This document shows, in pieces, positions 20,201-33,400 of a stretch of 64,000 nt of DNA (within the stretch, counting starts at the first letter, position 1; each line of letters opens with the position of its first letter). The notes under the pieces were generated by a model. That model was not told the DNA's origin and searched no databases. It saw only the letters and a program-made list of their open reading frames with translations. The stretch covers positions 499,162,001-499,226,000 of the forward strand of contig NC_067399.1 of assembly GCF_016432865.1 (NCBI RefSeq). Direction: 5' to 3'. The DNA is from Antechinus flavipes. Taxonomy: Eukaryota. A program made the position numbers and the translations under genes.

Positions 20201-23200
20201 CTCCTAAATCTGTTCTTCATCTCATAATGACTTCTAGTCTATCCAGTCTTCAGTACTTTCTCTACTTTGATCTTGTGTTAAGCAGTTTGACTCCATTTTT
20301 TCCTTACTGCTTTGTCCCATTGACAATCATGCCTTGCCCAAAATTAACTTCACATTACTCCTACCACCTACTTTTCATAATCCTATTTGTGTTGCTGAAT
20401 AAAGCTGAAGAGTATCATGCAACCAAGCTGACTGGATACATTACGAATTTAGATTATCTAACCTTAATGAGACTCTTCCTGTAGCAAAGCAATCTTTTTA
20501 TTCCTCCCTAATTGATGCTCTATCCCATTTTGCACAGATACTATTTCATGTTTTATCTTCTTTCCTCAAACCTCCCATACCTCCCCCTCTTTTCCACCTT
20601 CTCAGTTAAGGATCTCAACTGTTTTTTCTACACGTTTTAAATATTTTTAAAATTAAGTTTTATATTGGATATTAGACGGGATGAAAGAAAACTGGGATAC
20701 TAATTCATTGAAACAACTGTGTGAACTAATTCTTCCATTTTTTGTTTGTTTTTTGTTTTCTTGGTTCTGCTTTATTTGACTTTGCATCAGTTCATATAAG
20801 TCTTTACGTGTTTCTCTGTATTCTTTTTAGGCTATATTCTAGTGTGTTTTTTTATTTTAAAAAAAATTTTTAAATAACTTTTGACATTCACTCTTGCAAA
20901 ACTTTGTGTTCCAAATTTTTTTCTCCTCTTCATCCTCTGCTTTAGACAGCAAGTAATTGAATATATGGCAATTCTTCTATACATATTTCCTTTTTTTTTT
21001 TTAATTTTTAAAACTTTTTATTTTCAAAACATATGCATGGATAATTTGACAACATTGACCCTTGCATAGCCTTGTGTTTCAGCTTTTCTCTTTACCCTCA
21101 TCCCCTCCTCTAGATGGCAAGCAAACCAATATATATTAGACATGTTAAAATATTTATACATATTTTGACAATTATTCTGCTGCACAAGAAAAATGATCCA
21201 ACCATTCTTGAGAGCAATTTGGAACTATGACCAAAGGGCTATAAAATTGCATATTCGTTGATCCAGCAATAATACTTTGTATCTCAAAGGCATCCAAAAA
21301 AAGGGGAAAGGACCTATTTGCATGAAAGTATCTATAGCAGCTTTTTTTAAAAATTGGAACTCAAAGGGAGGCTCATCAACTGGGTCATAGCTAAATAAGG
21401 TGCAATATATGTTTGAAATGTAATATTATTGTGCTATAAGAAATAACACAGGAAGATTTCAGAAAAACCTGGAAAGATATATGAACTGATTCATAGTGAA
21501 GTGAACAGAACCAGGAGAACTTTGTATATATTAACAGCAATATTGTATGATGATTAATTGTGATGACTTAGTTCTCAGCAATAAATAATTCTAGATGATC
21601 CCAAAAGACTAATGATAAGGCATAGTATCCTCTTCCAGAGAAAGAATTGATATTGATTGAATACTAACTGAAGCATGCTATTTTCTCTTTCTTTCTTTTT
21701 TTTCCTTTTATTTGTGACTAATATGGAAATGTTTCACATAATTGCATATGGATAAGCTATATATCCATCTCAGGGAGTGATGGAAGGATAGAATTTGGAA
21801 CTCAAAACTTTAAATATGTTTTTTTTAAATTGGGGGGGAATATATATTTTTTTAACATTCATTTTTTAAAATTCTGGATTCTCTATTCTCGTTCTCCCTT
21901 ATCCATTGACAAGGCAAGTAATATGAATTATACATATGAATTCATACGAATATATTTCCATATTAACTATGTTGCCAAAAAAAAAAAAAAGGAAAAAAAA
22001 GTATGCTTCAGTCATCCTCCTAATTCAGAATTCATCAATTTTCTTTGTGAACCTTTTGGAATTGTCTTGGATCACTGTATTGATTAGAGTAGCTAAGTCT
22101 TTAACAGCTGAGTCATTACAATATTGTAGTTATTATGTACAATGTTCTAGTTCTGCTCACTTTACTTTGTATTGGCTTATATGAGTTTTAGGTTTTTCTG
22201 AAACCATCCCCTTTATAATTTCTTAAAGCATAATGATATTTCATCAGAATCACATATCACAACTTGTTTAGCCATTCCCTAATTCATAGGCAACCTATCA
22301 ATTTCTAGTTTTTTGCCACCACAAGAAAGAGCTTCTATAAATAGATTTGCTTATGTAAGTTCTTTTCCTTTCATCCTTTTAGGATACAAGACTTAGTAGT
22401 GATTTTGCATAATTCCAAATTGTTCGTTTGCTGAATTTCCATCCATGTTTTCCTCCATCAGCTGCAGGTTTACCCCAGAGTTTTGTCTTATGCTTTTTTC
22501 TTTCTTTGCTACATTCTCTCACCTGGTGAACATATAAACTCCCATGAGTTAAATTGGCAAATTTATGCAAAAGACTTCTAGATCTATATAATCAGTTCTT
22601 GTCTTTCTTAAGCTGAAATTTTGCATCATCAACACTATTCTACATTTTAAACTCTTTTTTTCTTAAGTATCACAAATTCAACATGTCTAAAACAGAATTC
22701 ATGATTTTTTATTTCTTCCCCAAATCAACCCCTCTTCTGAATTACTCCACAGGGCATATTGCTTATCCAGTCACCTAGGTTCACAGGTTATCCCTGACTC
22801 CTCTTTTCCTTTACAGTCTTATTGTTTCTTTCATTACATCATCTTCTCTTGCATCTCTACCCTTCTCTCTGCTTATACAACCTGTCACTCTAGTTCAAAC
22901 CCTCATCACTATTGAAATACCTTACTAATTGGTATTCCTGCCTCAAGTCTCACTTTACTCAAATCCATTTTCCCTCACAGCTGCCAAATGATTTTCTGAA
23001 ACTACAGGGTGATCATATCATTCTTTCCTCTCTTCTCAGTAAACCTGAGTGATTTCCTGTTACTTTAGTATCAACTGTAAATCTCTCTGATACTTAAAAT
23101 TCTTCACAATCTGGTCCCTTCCTATCTTTATAGTCTTTTACCACATCTTTCTTTACTGTCTAACCAAACTGGGGTACTTGTGTCCTTCACACACAGTACT

Positions 23201-25410
23201 CTATCTCCCATCTCTGTACTTTTACACTGGCTGTCCTCCATGCCTGGAGTGCCAATCCATGACTTCTTTCAAAACTCAGTTCAAATGCCACCTTTTTTCA
23301 CAATTCTCTGCTAGCTGTTAATGCCTTCTCAGAGATTATACCTTCATTCTAGTGTGTAGGAGGTGGGGAAGGGCCTGTTTTTTGGTCCATTATAATTTCC
23401 TTTAGTAAATTAAATTTAACAGTCCTTCGTGACTGTTATTTAACTTTTAATCCCTGTTAGCATTCCCACTGTGCTTGGCATAAATCATCTAGTCTAATCT
23501 CATCATTTTATAGATAATTGAGGTCCAGAGATATCAAGGAGATATATGGGATAATCTATGGCAGTTCATTGAACCTCAAGGAATAATTTCATTATTCTTT
23601 GTCAAGAATTAGTTTTTCCTATTCTTCATCTTGAATTATCTTCTTCAATTCCTTCTGAATCATTCTAAGGACATGTTCCAGGGGGGCTACTCTTTAAACC
23701 TTAAGTCTCTCGCTTTCTTATTTTTCCTCCAAGCTGTCTCTAAGAAGAAAGAAAGACTAAAGAGGAAAGTACTGAAAAAACTCTAATCCCAACCCTTGTC
23801 ACTTGGTAGATAGAAAGGTAAAATTCTTATAGCACTTGAAGTTTTACAAAGTCCTTTCTTTACAACAATCCTGGGAAGTAGGTAGTGCAAACTGAGATAG
23901 AGGAATTGTTCTGGGATATCAGATGAGTTAAGGCTATGCATACAGCCTGAAAGTGTCAACTCTAAGCCAAGGGCCTTTCCACTGTACTATTCTGCTTTTG
24001 GCAGGAGAGAATTGGAAAGAGAACTCAGAAATTCAGTTGATATGGATACTAGAAGACTTATTATATTGGCAGATAGGTAGGTCAATACTCACATCTTTTC
24101 TTGTTATGCCATTTAGATGCCTACTCCCAAATTTGGCCAGGCTAATGAGACAAATGAGGAATCCCTAAGGCTGGAAATCCAGGAGCTAAAGCAAAAGAGA
24201 GATACCTTGGATCAAGAGATCTCCCAGTTGATGGCTGAGTACATTTATTACTAAATTTGTTGTGAAACACTTCACCTGTGTCTGGGATTTGTTTATTAAA
24301 TAACATAGTCCGAGGACCCACAATATACAAAGCATCATGTTAAGTGTTCAAAGGATGTTGTAAGAAGGAAGGAAGAATAGTAGCACAGATGTACATCATT
24401 TTACAGTTTATAAACATTAGTTTGAGGCTCACAAAACCTCAGTAAAGTTATAGTACAAACCTTAGTGTCCCGCTTTTATAGATAAAGAAGCTGGGAATCA
24501 GACAGACTTTCCCCGTGTTTTATAGCTAATAAGTAGCAGGGTCAGGACTAGAACCTCATTGTTTTCTGACTCTACATGTGGCCTCTGTGCTATACCACAT
24601 GATCTCTTCCATAGGGAATTTTCCAGTTTATGGAAGGAGGCCCAACCTCTTCCCTTGGGAATACTAATGGTGTGGTAACAAAACGCTAGACCTAACATTT
24701 GACTCTAGAACTAACTTGTTTTATCTGTCACACCTTCATTTTCCTTCTCTAAGAGGGTTGGACTAGATAATTGGAAAGGTTGATTCTACCTCTTAAATTC
24801 AATTATTGAACTAGGAGATACACACCTGAAAAAGATTGTAAGAATACTTACAAAATAGCATCATCAGGCATTTTGGGTACGAGGTTGAGACATAGGAGTT
24901 AGACTGTCATGAGTTTTACTCTTTGAATCGGTGGATTGAGAACTTTGTATTTCTAGAGTTCCTTTCCCTTGTAGAGTTCATAAAACTACTTAAACTTCAA
25001 AGAGTCTTTGGAAGGGAGCTCACAAATTTTGAAAATCAAATCAGTACCTTAACCTATATTTCACTAGCCTCTTAGAATCTATATTATTCCTTCCACCAAA
25101 AGTAAATAGTTTGTAGTTGTTTTTTTTTGTTATAATAAAAAAGAGGAGCGTGAAAAGAGCAGGGACCTAGGTGATAGAAAAGGCACCATTTACAAAGATA
25201 CCTCAAACTTCTATTTTAGTATTTAAGACCCTCTTGGAACTCTTTCCTAAGCTGCTTGTTGGATTAATATTGAATATGATAAATTGGCTAGCTTTTACTG
25301 TTTGAGTAAGAATTGATATTTGCATTCTATATAGATATCCATATTCATGTTGTACTCTCTCCCAAGTACACTATTTTTTAATGTTTTATTTTGACACAAG
25401 TTTCTTCCCT

Positions 25411-25445
<35 letters not shown>

Positions 25446-28400
25446 ATTCCTCCAGAACATTAGAGTGAACCTAATCCAGTGATTGATATTGATCTTGTCA
25501 CTTTCCTCTTTTGTCATTTATCAGTTAATAAAAAGGAAGAATCTATCCTTTAATAATTCTATACCAACATTGCTCATTGAATTTGACCCACAAATAAAGT
25601 ATATGACTTAACTTGGTGTTATTTTTGACATTGTTGTAGTCCCTATGTCCAGCGGTTTTGGCTATGCTTCTTTCATTTGGCATCATGCTTCCTGGACCTT
25701 CCCACACTTATATGAATTCTATGAATGATATCCATCATTCCTTATAGCATAATAACATTCCATGGTATTAATATAGTTTCTTTGTTCAGCTGTTGACCAC
25801 TTGTTGGGCACATATTTTGTTAGCAGCTTTTCTTATTACAGATAATGCTCTTACGAATACATTTGTTACTTAGAGATTGTTTCTCATTCACCCATTTGGA
25901 GTATAAATCCTACAGTGTGTTCCCTATGGCAGACTATAAACAGTTTAATCACTTTTCTTGCAGAGTTCTAAAGTGTTTTTCAAAACAGCACCATGTGGTG
26001 AAATAAATGTGAGATTTGACATCAGAAGATTGGAGTTCAAATGTGATCTGCCCATTCTGCTCTGTGCAACTATGGCCTACTCACTTCACTCCTTCTTTAA
26101 TTTCCCTCAATTATAAAATGAAAGTTGTACATATATAACCTATATCAAATTGCTTGCTGTCTTGGGGATGGGGAAAGGAGAAAAATCTAGAACTTAAAAT
26201 CTTACAAAAGTTTAATGTTGTAAACTATCTTTACATGTAATTGGAAAAAAAACTATTAAATTAAAAAAAGAGAGAGATGTCAGACTAAAGGATCTTTCAA
26301 TTCCCTGAATTTTTGAGCTTTCTCTACAAATAGTTAATGAGAAAAGCATAGCCCTCTCTTTCCTCCTTTGTTCTCACGCAATCCAACCCTAGTTTCTTTG
26401 CTGGGTAACAGTAAATCATATTTCTATAGCTTTTTAAAGACTTCCCTTACAAATTCACTGTAAAGTAGCCTGTATAAATATTAACACCATCTTATAGATA
26501 AGGAAACTGGTTCAGAGAAGTGTTTTGTCAGTGGTCACATAGCCAATAAATGTAGAACTGTTACTATCTAATTCCAATGCTTTATTCATGACCACCAAGC
26601 CCCTGTCTACATGTCATTTTACTTTAGGAGACATGTTATTCTAGATTTCTATTGCAATCTCTAATTTTTTTTTACAACTTTTCTATTATCTCCATGTCTT
26701 TCTGTGTTTCTCAGAGGCTATGTTGTATCTGAGTTGGACGACCACATTTCCCTGCTTCATGAATACAATGACATTAAAGATGTGGGCCAGATGTTAATGG
26801 GAAAATTAGGTGAGTGATTGGAAATTTCCTGAATTCAGATAGCACCTCTATCCTCTCCATATCCATTGTCTTTGTCTTTCCTAGAGTAATCCAATACTTT
26901 CAACTCTGTTGTCACTGCTTTGTGTATATTCTTCTAATTCCTTGTCTTTAACTCAATACCAGTTGCACATTTAAGAAGATTTTAGGGGCTTTTAGGTTGT
27001 GATAGATGTCTGTGATTTCCTTAAGTCTTAAATGGGGATAGTCTTTTGATAATTTCCTCACCCAACTCTGGTAGATAACTGAAGAGCTTTAAATGTTTCC
27101 AGTTGCTAACTTGTTAATGCAGCAACCTTAAAAAAAACAGAACAGCTCTTTTTTGCTCAATTATCCATTTTGTATCTACTAAGAATCTCTTTCTGTGGAA
27201 GCTTTTAGTCATAACTTGGGTGTCTATCTGGGATGACTAGGTATAATCCTGTATGGATGTAGAATAAAGCTATAGATGTGCTTTTAAATTCTTCTTAAAT
27301 TCCTTTTTAATTATGAACTCAACAGACATTTCAAGATACAGAGTAAAAGAGGCTCATATATGAAGCTGAACTTATTTTACATACATTTTTCAAAGTATGT
27401 ATTAAATTTAACAAGGTAGTATTTAATCATACTTTCCCTTTTTTTTTTTTTATAGCATTTCCATCACAACCCAAAAACACCCCCTAAAATGGAAGCTTTT
27501 CATTGTTATAAATGTAAACAAGCAAAATAAACCAACACGTTGGCCAAGTCTGGAAATGCATTTACCATTTTTCCATTATTTCTTTACTAAGGGAGATGAG
27601 ACCTGTTTCATGAAGTCTTTCCTCTTTCACTTTACATTACTGTAATCATCTTGTTAGTTGTTCTGATCCTATACAACTCACTATACATAAGATTGTATAA
27701 GTCTTCCCATATTTCTCGTTAATTCTTCACATTCCTAATTTCTTATGAGACAATAATACACTATTCCATTTTTGGAACATCATTTCATTCAGTCATTCCC
27801 CAAATGAAGAGCATCCAGTTTGTTTCAAGCTCTTTTCTTTTAAGCTCTTCTCCAACTTCATCTACAGTCTATCCTGTTGTATATACACAGAGAGCTATTT
27901 AGCAATTAATAATCATTTTAGATTGTTGTCAGAAGATCTGTTCACTTATTTTATGAGGGCTAGCAGAAGCCCATAGGTCTTTAAGGACAGTTCTGTGAAA
28001 CTTGGAGAATTTCCCTCTTACTATAGCTACGAAAAGGTACCCAATCTGATTCTCTTCTAATTTTTTTAATGATGTGATTTTTAATTGTCAGGTCTCTTAT
28101 CCATTTTGAACTTATACATTATATTGTAGACGTTAATTTAAACTTACTAAACTGCCTTCCAGTTCTTGTCAAATACTTCTCCCAAGTATTTTATGTTCTA
28201 TGGATTATTAAAATTGAGTTAAAAAACACATTTGCATATAGTCTGTTTCTAGATGCAATGTAATAGTCAATGGGGAAAATTTTTTTTGCATCAAGTATGT
28301 CTGATGCATACTTACATATCAGATATATATGTCTAATAATCAAGACATATAAGAAACTATCACAAATGTAGTATATAACTTAAGTCATTCCCCAAAGGAT

Positions 28401-30418
28401 ATGAATAGACATCAAGAGGAAAATTGCAAACAACCATGTGAATAATTGTTCCAAATAACTAATAATTAGAAGTGAAAATCAAAACAATTCTTAGGGTTTC
28501 ACCTCACATCCAAATATGATAAAAGATGGGAATAGTCAGTGTTGGAGGCTTTCAGAAAGAAAGGCATAAGAAAATACTTAATAAAGTTGTGAATTGATCT
28601 AATCAGTTTGGCAAACAGTTGGGATTATACTAAAAAAGTGACTAAAATAGTTGTATCCTTTGATCCAAAGAGACAAGTACTAATTACATACATGCCCCTT
28701 ATATATCAGTAATAAAACAAAAAAGCAACATATACATCAAAATGTTTATAGTAACTTTTTTTAAATAAAAGTTTTTTTCAGTCAGCAAAAATTTACTCTC
28801 ATTCCTACCCCAATCTCCATGTTCCATCTCCCACCCCCACTTCTTCTAATTGAAAACTAGAGGAAAACAAATTTCTATATTGGTCATATCCAAAAAAATA
28901 TTTATCTCATTCTGTACTCTTGAGTCTACCTCCTTGTCAGGAAGTAACATCATGTTTCATCATTAGTCCTCTGGAATCATGTTGGTCATTACTGTGGTAA
29001 AAATTCATAATTTCATTTGATTTTATCATGTTATATAAATTGTTCTCCTAACTTAATTCTGTATCAGTTCATGGAATTTTCCCTAGTTTTCTCTGAACAT
29101 CTCCTTCATTATTTCTTACAGCATAGTAGTGTTTCATCACATTTATATACCATAACTTTTCATCCATTTATGGGCATACCCTCAGATTGCTATGCTTTGC
29201 CCCTCAAAAAAAAACCTCTTAATATCTTTGTATAATTAGAGTTTGTTTTGGTTAGGGTCAATTCTTCCTTTGACCTATCTTCTTTTGAATTATTCTTCCC
29301 CTCTTTTTCTCCTTTCTGTTATTTTCTTCTTGAGAAGTAGCATTTTTCAAAGTAGCAAAGACCTGGAAACAGAGTTCCTGCCCATCCATTGAGGAATGGC
29401 TGAATACATTGTTTGTATATTAACATGATAGAATAATATTGCACTATAAGAAACAATGTCTATGAAGAATACAGAAAAGCAGGTTTATGAACTACAACAA
29501 AAGGAAGCAAGCAGAACCAGGGAAACACCGTGCAATAACAGTGAGAGAGAAAGAACAGTAAGAAATTAAGTGTAATATTATGAAATTATAGTGAACATAA
29601 CAGATTTGTTATCTTTATGTACAATCCAGTGTTTGCTACTAAAGTTCAAAAAAATTATAATGAACAAGTTGACCTCAAAGGAGAGATATGAGAATGCATT
29701 TCCTGACCTTTTTGGTGTGTGGAACAATACTGAATATAACATTTGACTGGATATGTTGGTTTTGTTTGGGGGATTCCCCCTTTTTTTATTCAGTTATAAG
29801 GGAGAGCTCTTTGATAAAGGGGATAAAGCCCTCTGGTATAAAAATATATTTTCTTTCATGCATTTTTTGGAACATGGCTGATGTGGAAATGTATTTTCCA
29901 TGACTGTAAGTTTTTATAACAGATTTTTTATTTTTTTCTCAGTGAAGAGGGGAAGAAGAGGGAGAGAATTTGGAATTGAAAGGGTAAATTGGAGGGAAAA
30001 AAGTGAATTGGGTGTCATCAGACCAGACTTCTTCCAAGAGGAGAATGCTGAGGTGTAATCTTTCAGTATTTGTGCATGGATGAGATGATGATCTGGGCCC
30101 AAAAGAAAAAAGAATTAAGAGCATAGAAATTGGTTTAACCTTGTAGGAAAGAGTCACAGGGAAAAATGAATGGAGTAAAAAATGTGAGGATTGATAAATG
30201 GAAGTCTTGAAACTTTAGGTGAAAAATTTGAATTTGACAAGATGGGTTTGAGGAGTTTGTGTTCAAAAATATCAGGTCATTTTCATGCCAGGATTTTGAC
30301 AGCATCTTCTTTCCTAATTTTCATTTCTCTCATGACATCATTCTGCTATTTTAGCCAGATCAGAGGTGTGACCACCAAGGAGCTGTATCCTGAATTTGAT
30401 CTGGATATGAATGACTAA
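17183..30418 (+). CDS. SWI5: DNA repair protein SWI5 homolog (SWI5-SFR1 complex); 5 exons, predicted CUG start
   Basis: Exons 17183-17244, 17813-17861, 24117-24238, 26715-26809, about 30355-30418. Peptide (L)ESHSLQKPSGGEPRTPGLRR-ARLGLSKRHSAAFRSP-MPTPKFGQANETNEESLRLEIQELKQKRDTLDQEISQLMAE-GYVVSELDDHISLLHEYNDIKDVGQMLMGKL-(AQ)IRGVTTKELYPEFDLDMND. The last exon is 1 nt short of frame as assembled. Confidence 0.92.
17813..17861 (+). CDS. SWI5: SWI5 exon 2
   Basis: ttgctttccag acceptor; ends AFRSP/gtgagt; 49 nt. Confidence 0.88.
17952..18543. repeat. 263-bp near-perfect inverted repeat with a 66-nt spacer
   Basis: Arms 17952-18214 and 18281-18543 checked base by base; only two mismatches (17961/18534 and 17997/18498). 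Confidence 0.98.
18550..19600 (+). mobile_element. L2 LINE fragment, decayed
   Basis: Pyrimidine-rich L2 hallmarks (accatcctatttctcctttacc; atgctaatgatttccaaatctg; atcactgcatctaaaactgatctcatc). Boundaries approximate. Confidence 0.6.
19621..19757 (-). mobile_element. Marsupial tRNA-derived SINE (WSINE1-like)
   Basis: Reverse complement of ggggcagcta...gagttcaaatctg...ctgtgtgaccctgggcaagtcac with an A tail. Confidence 0.85.
21010..22420. mobile_element. Cluster of L1 3'-end fragments in alternating orientation (about 21010-21200 minus, 21201-21830 plus, 21850-22420 minus)
   Basis: Marsupial L1 ORF2-end/3'UTR motifs (gagagcaatttggaactatg; atgaactgat...agtgaagtgaacagaaccaggaga). Confidence 0.75.
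22421..23400 (+). mobile_element. L2 LINE 3' fragment
   Basis: actcccatg...tatgcaaaagacttctagatctata; aaattcaacatgtctaaaacagaa; tcaaaactcagttcaaatgccacct. Confidence 0.7.
24117..24238 (+). CDS. SWI5: SWI5 exon 3
   Basis: ttag/ATG CCT ACT...EISQLMAE/gtacat; 122 nt. Confidence 0.93.
25415..25441. repeat. (CA)n microsatellite
   Basis: Directly visible. Confidence 0.95.
26715..26809 (+). CDS. SWI5: SWI5 exon 4 (Swi5 domain core)
   Basis: GYVVSELDDHISLLHEYNDIKDVGQMLMGKL; ctcag/gtgagt. Confidence 0.96.
27300..29900. mobile_element. Old L1 fragments, mixed orientation
   Basis: Decayed L1 ORF2 3' and UTR motifs (aaggatatgaatagaca; agaagtgaaaatcaaaacaa; ccattgaggaatggctgaata). Boundaries approximate. 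Confidence 0.6.
30355..30418 (+). CDS. SWI5: SWI5 exon 5 (last coding exon)
   Basis: QIRGVTTKELYPEFDLDMND* is the SWI5 C-terminus; junction phase is off by 1 nt. Confidence 0.88.
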
Positions 30419-33400
30419 GCAGAAAGATGGATTTACCTGCACCCTCCCTAGCCAGGGGTAGGTGAAAAGACCCAAGGAAAGCATGAAGAAGAAACCTACA
30501 AGACTTCTAAGTGAGGCCACCAAAGTAGAGAAAGTATTCTTAAGTGCTTTTCTAGAAAAGCTAGACTCATTTAGAAGGAAACATGGGTATGGGCGCATTG
30601 AGGGAGCAAATTTGAATTCTCAGTTCTACAATGCTCTTAATTTTGAGTATTTCGGGGAAATCGATTAGTAGCATCCTTGCGTATACATTATATTTAAAAA
30701 ATCATTTCTCTCATCCATAGTTTTGGAATTTTTATTAATTTGTGTGATGTTTCTTGTATATTCAAACTCATAAGAACAGTTTGGGACTTGAAGGTAATTT
30801 GTCTCCCTTTTTGAGTTACCATTTGCATGTAATCTTCCAGTCTTGAAAGACAAAAGTTTTATTGGTTTCTTATGCTGTGTTACTTATCATTTATTCATTA
30901 TAATAACAAAATTAAAGTGAAATCACTACCCTCGGTGCAGCTCCTCATTTGGCCAAAAATCGAAATGCGCCTTCCAACTTTGCTGCGGGGGGGGGGAGGA
31001 AGGCAGCTTCAAAGATGTCATAGTTTCTGTTTATGCCAGATGGTAAAAATATTTTCAGGGAGCATTTTAATGAATACCTACTATGTGTAAGGTATTTGGA
31101 AATTGTGGTAGTGGCCTTAACCTATTTTCATTCCTTTTAAAAACTGAGAAGAGACCTGATAGGGAAAGGAGATGGAAATCAGGAATTGGATCTTGGTTAG
31201 ACTCCCAAGAATCTCCTTAAAATAAAGCTAAAATAACAGTTCTTAAGACTGATCCCACTTGAGAACATCTTCTTGAGGATGGTACAACAGTGTAGTAACT
31301 CCATACAAGTCAGAATTACTGTTCAGCACAAAAGTCAGTATATAAACAGCCTCCTTCCCCTTGTTCCTCCTTTCTGGCTGGCTGGGAATCCCAACTCCAC
31401 ACTGACACATTCTATCCTTATACTTTGGATTAGCCACACATACCATTGGGAAGAGGCTTGTAGGTCATTAGTGGCTGGAGGACAAAACCTATTCCTAGCA
31501 GCCAATCCATTTCCTGAGCCTTGAGATTTCCCTGTTATAGGTGCAGCACCAGGTGCGGGCCTCTGGGAGGCAGTGTCACCTCAAGGATGAATCCAAGTTC
31601 TTTAGTGCTGACTGCAGCAAGAAAGAGTTCTCTGATGTCTTGCTCATATTCTACAAAGGGTTAGCTGAACAGCCTTGCACAGGACTGTCCAGGCAAGGAA
31701 CTGGTGACATGGCCCGAGGCTTTGTTTTCACTTTTTCAAAGGAAGCTGTTCTCTGCAAACTCCCCTCACCATCTGAAGGGAGCAGGAATTCCAGGAAGCA
31801 ATCATTGGGAGATCTGGATTATGGTCTGAGCTATGGATCCAACTGCTTTAATATCTTAATATGCAAGGTATTCTGGATAAAATTTTCTCAAGTTAAAGCC
31901 TCAGCCATCTAGGTATTCCAGATTCTTAGAGTTGGAGAAGATAATCTTTAATAATGAATGATATTCCATCTTACAGCTTTGTGATAAGAGGAAAAAATTT
32001 CACCATATTGGCTAGATACCAGTTCCTACTTGTCCTTCCATAAGGCCATTTCCCCTCTGACGCAGAAGTCTGTCTGTTAGAATATGTTCCTAAAGAAGCA
32101 AAAGAACAGGGACTACATCTTGTTTTCCCTTTGCAACTTCCTTGTTTTAGAAATTACCTAAAGAGATTATAATTGCTGAGGGTTATAATGCCAATATGTG
32201 TGGGAGGTAAGACATATGTGGGTCTTGCATTTAAGACCAACTCAATCCTTTTTTTTTGATTTGATTGGCTGCCCTTTAAAATAGTGAGTGAAGACTCATA
32301 AAGCAAAGTCCTATGTAAGCTCTCCTTAATGTTCAGGTCTGGAAGAGGTTCAGGGTGAAGTTTTCAGATCTAGACTCTTCAAAGAGCATTGTGAGGAAGC
32401 TGCCTGACTCAAATGTTTTCTGTTGGCCAGTCTGTGTGAAGGGTTAACAAGGATGCAGAAACCCTGGAGGGTGGGTGGGAGCAGTGAACCAGGCAAAAGG
32501 TTAAAATTACAAATCAAAATAGTCATCCATGTAATTAGCACAGCATTCCTCCATAGAAAAGATTTTGACTAGTTAAGTCATCATTGTCCAGAAGAGAAAA
32601 TTTATACTTCCATAATATGCTAGGCATCCAGATACTGGAAGGTCAAAAGATTAGTCAGGAGTAGGGCATACTTCAACCTAATCATCTGCTCCATTTTTCA
32701 GACATCCAAATACTATGCTTAGCATTCTCAAAGACTTCTGACTTGACAGTCAACTTTTTCTTCCCGTCTATAAAAGTGGAATAAGCACTTTTTCTCCTTA
32801 AGATTCTTGTGTTAGAACTGGAAGGCAAAATTAAAATATAAAGAATCCTACTGGTCACCTGAAAGACATCCCAAAATGAAAATTTCCACAAATGTAAGCC
32901 AGAAGTCCATTTCCAGGTTAAAAAGAAGAAAAAAAAATACTGGAAGCATGCAGAAGGAAAGTTCAAGTATCTAGAAATCACAGGACACACAAGATTTGGC
33001 AGCTACTATAACAAATAAGAAAAGTTTGGGATACCATAATCTAAAAGACATAAAGTAAGCTCATAACTAGGAATAACTTGCCCAGAAAAAAAGTGAGTAT
33101 AATTCTCCAGGGAGAAAATGGACTTTTAGATGAAATATGACATCCAAATATTTCTGATGAAAAAAAAAACAGAACTTGGTAAAAACTTTAAAATGAAACA
33201 CAGGAGTTAAATACATTTTAGAAATTTCAAGAGACTAAAAATGAATGAAGTGCTTGTGTTCATTCCTCCAAGTTATATATGATGACCTTGGACAGGGGAT
33301 GTTCATTTAAAGTTCACAATTTTATAGTACCTTAAGTTTTATAGAATGCTTGCTTTCCATATAAGTTAAACATTCTCAAACTATCACAAATTAAACACAA

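Noticed and set aside
22421-22580. Minus-strand ORF that looked like a processed pseudogene fragment
   Set aside because: The plus strand matches the L2 consensus pattern continuing into 22580-23400.
30462-30668. 68-codon ORF in the SWI5 3'UTR
   Set aside because: It starts at GTG, has no recognisable homology, and is not reachable in frame from exon 4 by a credible acceptor.
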